This document shows, piece after piece, positions 40,518-50,000 of a DNA stretch of 64,000 nucleotides; position 1 is the first letter of the stretch; each line of letters opens with the position of its first letter. Position numbers and translations under genes: made by a program. This DNA comes from Oscillospiraceae bacterium (lineage in GTDB: Bacteria; Bacillota; Clostridia; UMGS1810). Below the pieces are notes generated by a model. That model saw only the letters and a program-made list of their open reading frames with translations, made no database searches and was not told the DNA's origin. The stretch covers positions 276-64,275 of the forward strand of contig SVJU01000008.1 in the NCBI GenBank assembly GCA_015068825.1, read 5' to 3'.

Positions 40518-41435
40518 ATGACACATACAAAGGTTATACAAAAAAATAACAGAGCTTTTTCAAAAGCACTCTATACCATCAGAAAAGATGCTGTTGCGTG
40601 GCTTTTAATTGCTCCTGCTCTTATAGGATTTATAGTTTTTAACTGGCAACCTTTTATATCGAGTGGATTTCTTGCTTTTTTCAAAACAAAAGGTTTTGAA
40701 ATTTTAGAATTTGTCGGATTTGAAAATTTTAAAGATGTTCTTAGTGATTCGTCACTTGCAAAAGCAATGTGGAACTCCTGTAAGTATACTTTCTGGTCGC
40801 TTGTTATAGGTCTTCCTGTTCCGATTTTTATAGCGATTATACTAAACGAGATTGTTCATTTTAAAGGCTTTTTCAGATTTTCTGTTTATTTTCCGGCAAT
40901 AATACCCGGAATGGTAACTGCAATCATGTGGAAAATTTTACTTGAACCCGGTACCGACGGATTTTTGAATGTTATTTTAAGTTATCTTAATCTTCCTAAT
41001 TGCCAATGGCTTCAGGATTCAAGAATTACAATACTTATTATTACAATAGTTACCACATGGAGCGGTTTTGGTCCTACAACAATTTTATACCTTGCAGACT
41101 TACAGTCGGTAGATTTAGCACTTTATGAGGCTGCGGCAATAGATGGAGCGGGATTTTTCAAAAAGCTTAAGCATATAACTTTGCCTCATTTAAGCTCACT
41201 TGTAAGAGTTACTGCAATAATGCAGATTTTAGGTGTGTTCCAGAGCTTTGAAAGACCGCTCGCAATGACAGGTGGCGGACCTAACGAGGCATCTACTACC
41301 GTTATGATGCTTACATATAACTATATGTTTGGTGAGGGTGCAATAGATAAGGCGAATGCACTTAGTGTTATGGTATGTCTTATTCTGATTGCAGGCAGTA
41401 TAGTGTATTTTAAAATGACAAAATCAAAAGAATGA
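40518..41435 (+). CDS. Carbohydrate ABC transporter permease
   Basis: FVGFENF, LYEAAAIDGA, MTGGGP. Confidence 0.92.
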   Translation: MTHTKVIQKNNRAFSKALYTIRKDAVAWLLIAPALIGFIVFNWQPFISSGFLAFFKTKGFEILEFVGFENFKDVLSDSSLAKAMWNSCKYTFWSLVIGLPVPIFIAIILNEIVHFKGFFRFSVYFPAIIPGMVTAIMWKILLEPGTDGFLNVILSYLNLPNCQWLQDSRITILIITIVTTWSGFGPTTILYLADLQSVDLALYEAAAIDGAGFFKKLKHITLPHLSSLVRVTAIMQILGVFQSFERPLAMTGGGPNEASTTVMMLTYNYMFGEGAIDKANALSVMVCLILIAGSIVYFKMTKSKE

Positions 41436-41456
41436 TGACAAGGAGGGGTTTTTAAA

Positions 41457-41975
41457 ATGCATTACAAAAACAAAATGGGCCTTATAAGCTCAATAGACAT
41501 AAAAAAAGGTAATCTTGTAAATAGTCTTTCAAAAAATAAAGCATATACTGTTCAAACACTTCTTGATGCTATTGACAAAGCAGGTACAATTATTTCAACT
41601 TCAGGCGGCTCGTCAGGCGGTGGCGGAGGAGGCTCAAAATCGTCGGGCTCAGGCTTTACTCTTAATGGTGTAACAACAATTCTTCCTGAAAATGAAAAGT
41701 TTAATGACATTAACTTATCTTTGTGGGCAAAGGATGCCATTATAAGCCTTAGCGATAAAAATATTCTTTCAGGTTATGAAGACGGAAGCTTTAAACCAAC
41801 AAATTTAATTAAAAGGGAAGAATTTGTAAAGGTTATTGTAAGTGCATTTAATGTGACTGGTGAAGACAAAGAAATTGAATTTTTTGATGTAGAAAAAGAT
41901 AAATGGTATTATCCATACATTAAATCAGCATTTAATTCAGGGATTCGTTATTTGAAAGAAAGCTTTATTACATAA
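41457..41975 (+). pseudogene. Chimeric remnant: probable N-terminus of the second permease fused to a Ser/Gly-linker + truncated SLH fragment
   Basis: Strong RBS (AGGAGG); first ~18 aa then an abrupt switch to a helical end, SGGSSGGGGGGS, SLH1 (WAKDAI..GYEDGSFKP..IKREEF) and SLH2 cut at SAFNSGI. No signal peptide. Confidence 0.65.
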
Positions 41976-43615
41976 ACCAAAAGAATAAAGAGGCTTATGT
42001 TAAAATATCTCCCGAAGCGGCAGTTATGCTTAACGGATGCGCAAAAGCAGACTACAACGAAAAAACATTTTTGATAAAAGACGGAAATATTACACTTTAC
42101 GACAACAATTCGGACAAAGTTTACGATGTTGTGCATATTAATGATTACAAAATTTATTATTCAGATTATGTATCAAAAAACGCACAAAAAATTTACAACA
42201 TATATACAAATGATGAAGATACAAAATTACTCGACCTTGAAGACAGAGAATGGGTAAATACTATCGTATACAAAAACGGTGAAGTGTGTGATAAGTCAGT
42301 TATTAAAAAGGGCGATGTTCTTTCTGTTTTAAAAGGCGGCAGCAAGGATAACGGAATAATAAAAATATATGTTTCGGATAAAAAGGAAACTGGCGTTATA
42401 AGTGAGTATAACAAAGAAGATAATGAAATTACATTAAATGAAATGACATATAAATTATCGGCAGGATATTTAGATGCAATTTTGGATAAGGATGTAAAAG
42501 CATGGAGCATAAAGCTTGGCACACCTGTTAACATATACATCGATTGCTTTGGAAAAGTTGCGTATATTGAGCCTTTGAAAAACGAATTTGTTTATGGCTA
42601 TGCTCTTTATACCCATTATGAAAGAGAAAGCGAAATAAGGCTTCTTGATGAGTTTTCAACCTGGCAAAGTTATGTTTTTGCTGATAAGGTTAATTTTAAT
42701 AACTTAAGTACTAAAAACGGCAAAGAAATGTATGATGAGCTTGGCGGTGAAAACTTTACCCCTCAGCTTGTAAAGTATAAACTTGATAAAGATAATAAAA
42801 TAAAAGAAATTTATCTGGCAAGCGAAGTATCCACTGGTGCTTATGACGAGTTTATTGTATCTAATGTTGAAGAAAAAGTTTTCCAATATGCAAATATGTC
42901 ATTTGGAAGTGAGGCTTATCTTGAAGATGGTGCTGTAATATGGAATCTTGCAAAGGAAATTCCCAAAGATGAAGATGATATTACAATATCAGGCACATCT
43001 GAGCTTTATTCAGACAGAAGTTACAAATATATTCAGTACAATAAAGATGAATACGGATTTTCAAAATATTTTGTAATTTATGATACCGATTCTAATATTG
43101 AATTTAAAGCAAAACGCTCGGGTGTATTTGTGGTTGATAAGGTTTTAAGAGTTGTTGATGGTAATGGTGAAAACAAAAATGCTATAAGAGGTATGATGTT
43201 TGATTATAACAATATAACTGTTAGTTTTTCAGATGATACCGATTTAGATGGAATAAAAGAAGGCGATACAGTAAGCTTTTTAACAAATTCGTACGGCGAA
43301 ATTTCAAAGCTTAATGTTATTCACAGAATAAAAGATTCGGATGTATCACTTCTTCCTGCAACCATTCACACATCAGTTACCTATGTTGGCGGAATACTTG
43401 AAAAATGCGATATAGCAAACGGAAAATACAAAATAAACTGTGGTGGAAAAATGCAGGTTTTAAAAATAGATGCTTCAACACCTTCGATTGTATGTGAAAA
43501 GTTTAAAAATGATGTAAAACTATCAAAAGAGCTTATTACATCAGCCGATATAGGAAATTATGTTCTTGTAAGAGTTCAGAACTCACGCGTTACAAATGTT
43601 GTTATTTATAAATAA
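41942..43615 (+). pseudogene. 5'-truncated S-layer-like protein, paralog of 7607..10549
   Basis: Frame open from ~41936 with no RBS or signal peptide; YGYAL and KYKLDKDNKIKEI match YGYLV and KYKLNEENKIKEL of the 7607 protein; SLH N-terminus absent. Confidence 0.7.
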
Positions 43616-43648
43616 TATAAAAAATTTAAAATTTAGGAGTGTGTAAAA

Positions 43649-46381
43649 ATGTTAAAAAAACTATTGGCTCTAATTTGTGTAATGGCAGTTCTTTTTACCT
43701 CATTTACTTTTACAACAGTAAGTGCGGCAGAAGAGTTTGCTCCGGTTGGACTTATGCTTCAACCTGATGTAAGAAATGATGGAAGTTATATGACGATTTC
43801 TTGGAGAAATCCTACAAGTAATACTCTTTCGGCTGTTAAGCTTTATGATGTTACTTCAGGTACTGCTACACTTGTGGATAATATCACAAAAGACGGTGCG
43901 GTAACAACTTTTAGCGATTCAATTTCAAATCAGTACCTTATAGGAAATACCACAACGCGTCTTGATAAAAATTTTGTGTGGTATAGATTAGCTTCTCTTA
44001 CACCGGGCACTTACAAAAAGTACAGACTTGATTTTGAATTTAGTGATGTTTCAAACAACAAATCATACTATCTTGCAGCAGCACCTGTTGCTCAAACAAC
44101 TAATGGTGCATCAAAAACAATTTCAAATAAGATATCAACATATGATTCTATGGCATCTACTACAAATTTCCCATACTTACCAATGGGTTTAGAAACAATA
44201 ACTGAAGAAGGTGGCAATGTTGCATTAAAAGTAAGATTTAATGTAACAGGCTGGTATAGTAATTCAACTTATGGTCAGCTTTTATACAATTTTACACCCA
44301 CAGTTGGCAAAACCTACAAAGTAGGCTTTGATTATAAAGGTACGCCAAGCGATAACAACAGAGTTGGTGTATATGTTCGTGATACTTCAACAGATACTGA
44401 TATAGATAATCTTCCCGATACTGAAACTACTAAAGTAGAAGGTATTGTTATTAAGAATGTTTCTGAATGGAAAACTCATACATATGAAGGAATTTTTACC
44501 CCTACAACAACAAATGTAAAATTTAAATTTAAATTTTTAAATCCCGTAGAAGAAATTATACTTGACAATTTCTTTGTTAAAGAATGTGACGCAGAAGGAA
44601 ACATTTTAGAAGGTGCAACAAACCTTGTATCAAATGGCGATTTATCAAATCTTACCAATGCTTTATCAAGTGCAAAAAATTTATCAGGCAAAGCAGGAAA
44701 TGAAAAAGCAACAATAGAATGGGAAAACGATTCTAGCGCAAGATATTACAAAATCTATAAAGACGGTGCTTTTTACGGTATAGCTTATCCTGAAAGTGAT
44801 GGCACAACAAGCGTTGAATTTGATAACCTTATAAACGATGAAACTTACACATTTGGCGTAAGTGCATATAATCAGGCATTTGCAGAAGGCGAAATTAAAA
44901 CTGTTGATGTAACACCTAAAGAGCCTGCACCTAAAAATCCTATGATTTCAAACCTTTCGGTTAATACATATACATTTGGCGGAACAGGCGGTGCTCTTAC
45001 AGTATCATTCAAAAATCCTGAGGTAGAAGATATTACTTCTATTGAGCTTTACGATGTAAATGGCGATAGTGAAACTAAAATATCAGACACTGCATTTTCA
45101 TTAGATGCAGGTGCTGTAAACGCTTATGTAATTAAAAACCTTACAAATAGTACATTATATAACTATAAATTAAGAGTTACAACCACATCAGATGGTCTTA
45201 AAGAATATGACATTGCCGCAAAACCTGGTGCAGGTGCGTATGCAATGAATTTTAACACAGATTCATCAAATCATTACTGGAATAAAACCTTTGGAAGAAA
45301 AGATAGTAATACTCCATATCCGCCTGTAGATTTCAGAATTGTTCAGAATCCTTTATCTGAAACCAAGGATTATGTATTAAATGTTGTGTCTAATATAAAA
45401 TCTTATGTAGACGGAAATTACGCAAATTTAACTTACAACTTTACAGACCAGATGGCATCAGGTACAACCTACAGATTAAAATTCGACTATATGACATTAG
45501 CGGGCGGTTCAAGACCAAGTGTTTATGTTAACAATTCAGAAATAGGAAAAATCAATCTTGCATCAGATGGCTGGCAGAAAGCAAGCTTTGATTTTACAAA
45601 TAAAAATGCTTCAACCAATGTAATTAAATTCGGGTTTGTAAATCCATTGGAAAGCTTATATATTGATAATTTAGCGATAGTTCCTGTTACAGATGGCGTT
45701 GAAGGTACAAACATTCTTACAAAAGGCGACTTTGATGTTGTAGAGGAAGAAACAAATGAATATTCTGTAATTGATGTAACTGCAGAAGCCTTTGATAAAG
45801 GAGCAACAATTAATTATACTGTTTCGGAAGTAGGTAAATTTATAAAAATTTATGAAGTAACAGAGTTTGGAAAAAATCTTATTTCTATTCAGCAGCCAAC
45901 AAGAAATGGAACAATAACACTTAACAACTTAAAGAATAACAAAACTTATAATCTTATTATGACTACTCAAAACTGGAAAGATGTTGAAGGTGATGGATAC
46001 GAATTTACAGTTACTCCAAAGCCTGAAGATTTGGTTATAGGAGAATTTAAGCTATTAAAAGATGCAGAAACTTCTGATACACAAAATCTAACAGGCGGTA
46101 CATATAAAGCAAATGTAAGTGTTAAAAACAACGGCATGGGAGATAACTTTACAGCACAGCTTATTGTTGCAGTATATAACGATAAAAAGCTTGTTTTGGC
46201 AAAAGCAAGTGAAAAAACAACTATTGCACAAACTGATTCAGAGCTTGCTGGTACTCCTTTAACAGTAGAGAATGTTTCTATTCCTTCTGTTGACGATGGA
46301 GATTATACAGTTAAGGTTATGCTTTGGAAGAGTCTTGATGATATGACACCTCTAAAACAGTTTAAACCATACGCAGAATAA
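43649..46381 (+). CDS. Secreted multidomain protein: two Fn3-like/CBM-like/Fn3-like units and C-terminal KVMLW-x7-PL motif
   Basis: Signal peptide (..VSA-AE); repeats ISWRNP..KLYDV and VSFKNP..ELYDV; YKVGFDY..IILDNF and YRLKFDY..LYIDNL CBM4/9-like ends; no catalytic motif recognised. Confidence 0.65.
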   Translation: MLKKLLALICVMAVLFTSFTFTTVSAAEEFAPVGLMLQPDVRNDGSYMTISWRNPTSNTLSAVKLYDVTSGTATLVDNITKDGAVTTFSDSISNQYLIGNTTTRLDKNFVWYRLASLTPGTYKKYRLDFEFSDVSNNKSYYLAAAPVAQTTNGASKTISNKISTYDSMASTTNFPYLPMGLETITEEGGNVALKVRFNVTGWYSNSTYGQLLYNFTPTVGKTYKVGFDYKGTPSDNNRVGVYVRDTSTDTDIDNLPDTETTKVEGIVIKNVSEWKTHTYEGIFTPTTTNVKFKFKFLNPVEEIILDNFFVKECDAEGNILEGATNLVSNGDLSNLTNALSSAKNLSGKAGNEKATIEWENDSSARYYKIYKDGAFYGIAYPESDGTTSVEFDNLINDETYTFGVSAYNQAFAEGEIKTVDVTPKEPAPKNPMISNLSVNTYTFGGTGGALTVSFKNPEVEDITSIELYDVNGDSETKISDTAFSLDAGAVNAYVIKNLTNSTLYNYKLRVTTTSDGLKEYDIAAKPGAGAYAMNFNTDSSNHYWNKTFGRKDSNTPYPPVDFRIVQNPLSETKDYVLNVVSNIKSYVDGNYANLTYNFTDQMASGTTYRLKFDYMTLAGGSRPSVYVNNSEIGKINLASDGWQKASFDFTNKNASTNVIKFGFVNPLESLYIDNLAIVPVTDGVEGTNILTKGDFDVVEEETNEYSVIDVTAEAFDKGATINYTVSEVGKFIKIYEVTEFGKNLISIQQPTRNGTITLNNLKNNKTYNLIMTTQNWKDVEGDGYEFTVTPKPEDLVIGEFKLLKDAETSDTQNLTGGTYKANVSVKNNGMGDNFTAQLIVAVYNDKKLVLAKASEKTTIAQTDSELAGTPLTVENVSIPSVDDGDYTVKVMLWKSLDDMTPLKQFKPYAE

Positions 46382-46397
46382 TTTATAGGAGAGAAAA

Positions 46398-47042
46398 ATG
46401 ATAAAACGAGTACTTGCAGTTTTTCTTACAATTTCATTATTTATATCTTGTTTACCTTGTATCAGTGTTTTTGCACTTAGCTTGGATAAGGACTATGAGC
46501 TTATAAACCTTAATGTCGAAAGTGTGGCAAAAGGTTCTGAGGGGAAAACTATAAGTATATCGTGGAAAAATCCTGATACACCGATAGACAGTATAAAAAT
46601 ATACGATATTACGGGCGAAGAAGAGATTTTAATTACCGATTCTGTTACAACAACGCCACTTTCGTATGTTTGTTATTATGTTGAAAATCTTATAAACCTT
46701 ACTGTTTATGATTTTAAGGTGTCGGTTTTGTTTGAAGATAATGTAAAAAGAGATTACTTTGTATCGGCTGCACCATCAGCCGGTACAAATGAATCTTTGC
46801 TTTCAGATGGTAAGTGGGGATTTAGTTATGCAAGATACGATGCACAAAGCTTTTACCCCGCAGTATTTTACAATGTTTTAAAAGATTCTTCTTTTGATGG
46901 TGGTGCGGCAATTAAAATTGTATCTAATATAGAAAATAAGAAAAACGGTAACTATTCAATTTTAAAATGCGCTTTTCCCAATCTTGAAGAAGGTAAAAAA
47001 TATAATGTAAAAATAAGATATCTGACCTTAATGAGAAATTAA
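46398..47042 (+). pseudogene. 5' fragment of a secreted Fn3-like/CBM-like protein
   Basis: Signal peptide; aligns with the second repeat of 43649..46381 but breaks mid-domain at KYNVKIRY. Confidence 0.6.
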
Positions 47043-47053
47043 GCACACTAAAA

Positions 47054-50000
47054 ATGCTTATAACCGAATGTAACAAAAAAGGTTTATCGGTTGATTATGA
47101 GATTGTAAACTGTGCTACAATAGAAAAATTTATTGATATAATGAAAGAAGATTTTTATGTTTATAATGAATTTGAAAGAGCAAATTCATATTATGAAAAG
47201 CTTATTTTGTTATATGAAGAAAGTTATAATAACATACAAAAATACCTTGATGGAACTTTGGAGCCTAAAAGTGTTGGTGAATATGTAAATAACGGCATAA
47301 ATATAGAGGGTAACAATGTTACATCAATGATGGAAAAAGATAATGTGTTAGAAAAAGAAAATATCTTTTTAAACGGATACGGACATTTTTCATACACGGT
47401 AAACGACTTTGATAAATTTAACAATTTTGGCGCAAATGCCGTTTCGTTAGGTGTTAAATTTTATGATGTTGTAACAAGAAAAAATCCTTGCGAAAACTGG
47501 AATATTTATCAAAGAGGAGTTATTGAAGACTATACGGTTGAAATGTCTTCAAAAGAAAAATTAAACGGGAATTATTCTCTGAAAATTACCCGAAGTGATG
47601 AGTGGGCTAACAATAAATCTTTTCATGTCAGACAAACGGTTAAAGTAAAGCCAAAAACCACTTATGTTTTTGGCTTGTGGGCAAAAGCGGAAAATGTAAA
47701 GGATTGTCATTTTAGCGGGCATGGACTTATAGATTCAAATTATGGGCTTTCGCAAAGAGAAAGACATGATTTGAGTGGAAGCTATGACTGGAAAAACTTT
47801 GAATTTACATATACAACAGGCGAAAATGAATATCTTTTTGAATTAATTATACCGTGTCTTAACAAAACGGACGCTCTTTATATAGATGATGTATATGTTA
47901 AAACACTTAATAGCGATGAAAATCTTATTTTAAATTCAGGATTTGAAAATGCTTATCAGAAAGATGAAGAGTTTTCGATATATGATGGTCATTTAGAAAA
48001 GCTTATCTGCGATTTAAATTATGCTTATGAAAACAGATTAGCGGTAAATCTTGGACTTGGTATTCATTTTATGCCCGAATATATTTTTGAGATTTATCCT
48101 GATTTAAAGGATGAAAACGGAACTTATCCAAGCTATATGGGATTTAACCCTACACATCCAAAAATAAAAGAAATGATAACCATATTTTTAAATGCGGTTA
48201 TTCCAAAAATAAAAGGCCATCCTGCAATTGTTGGCATTTGTGTAGCAAACGAGCCAAATTTTCAATGCTTTAATACATCGTATTATGAGCCGTTATGGCA
48301 ATATTATCTTGAAAATATGTACTCTGGTAGTATAGAGGACTTTAATAATAATTGTGATACTGATTATGAAGATTTTGGTGATATAAAATTCTCTCATGCA
48401 CAGGATTTTACACCATTAAAATATCATCTTTTAAGATATAACGATACTATAATGTATGAGTATTTAACTTATATCACACAAGGTGTAAAAAATCTTGCTC
48501 CAAATATAAATGTATTTGCAAAAAATCTTCCTGCGATAAGGGCACACGGTAAAAAATCTTTATCACATGGAATAGATATAGAAAAATTTGTGGGTGTTTT
48601 TGATGTAAATGGCTGTGATGCAATGCATTATATCGACCATTCAGAATATCCTATTTTAGCGAAAATGGAGTGGTATGATTTATTATCTTCTGTAGAAGAC
48701 TTACCTGTTTTTAATACAGAAGACCATCTTACAAGAGATAATTACAGTTTGAATAGCTGTGAAGATATTGTATTAACATCTTATGCTGATATGTGGCAGG
48801 GAGCTGTGCATGGAAGAAGAGCATCCATTGTGTGGATGTGGGACAGAGATAAAACAAAGCTTGAAGGAGTATATTTAAATTCAAATATGCTTGTCCGACC
48901 TGATATAGTTGCAAACAATGGCAAACTGTTTTTGGATATGCAGCGATTATCTAATGAATTATACGCACTAAACAATGCAAAAAAAGAAGTTGGAATACTA
49001 TATTCGTATAATTCTATGGTATATGAGCCTTCATATTTAAACAGTGTTTATCTTGCATATACAAATGCACTTTATTTAGGTCAAAGACCATTATTTGTTG
49101 CAGAAAGCCAGCTTGATAAACTATCTGATTTAAAAGTTCTTATAATACCCGAAGCGATATCGGTTTTTGATAAAACTTATGAAGAAATATTAAAGTTTAA
49201 ACAAAATGGCGGAAAGCTTATTATCATAGGCGAAAATTCTCTTAGCAAAAATGAATTTTTAAAAGAGAGAAACATTGAAGATATAAAACAAGATATTACT
49301 GTTATTCCAACATATGAAACACAAAATTCTGAGATTGCAAATATAGAAGGTTTAAATGAAAGTTTAAAACAGGCATTTGAAGAAGAAGGACTTTTAAACA
49401 TTAAAGTAATAAACTTGGAAGATGGCAGTATGGCAGATGATGTTGAATATACAATTGGTACACTTAATGGAAATACACTTATAAATTTGTGTAATTACTC
49501 TTATGAAGAAAAAGAGGTTTATATCACACATGATGGTGTGAATATGGAAAATATGGTTGAGCTTATAAGTGGCAAAAATATAGAAAATGTGATTAAGCTT
49601 GAGCCGTATAAACCAATTCTTATAAGATACGGTTACAATACGCCTTTTATAAATAAAGAGGCAGAAGATGAAGATATAAAAGAATACGAAAAGATAAAGC
49701 ATCTTCTTCCTAATCCTGTAATAGACGGAAAAGATGACATTATAAAATGCTATGACAAAGTGTGGCAAATAGCTTTTTCCAACATAAAAAAGCCCGAGAA
49801 GGGCAGCGGATTTATTACTAATTTTATTGATACTGCATTTAATGGTGCGCTTTTTATGTGGGATTCGTCTTTTATACTTATGTTTGCAAAATATGCAAGA
49901 AGAGCTTTTGATTTTCAAAAGACACTTGATAATTTTTATGCAAAACAGCATCTTGACGGTTTTATTTGCCGTGAAATAAGAGAAAGTGACGGTGGCGATT

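Noticed and set aside
3449-46381. Cellulosome (cohesin-dockerin) interpretation of the surface proteins
   Set aside because: No duplicated Ca-binding dockerin motif or recognisable cohesin seen.
41457-47054. Idea that the junctions are programmed S-layer or cassette switching
   Set aside because: No recombinase, invertase or reverse transcriptase in the window, no inverted repeats or shared site at the junctions, and all pieces are co-oriented.
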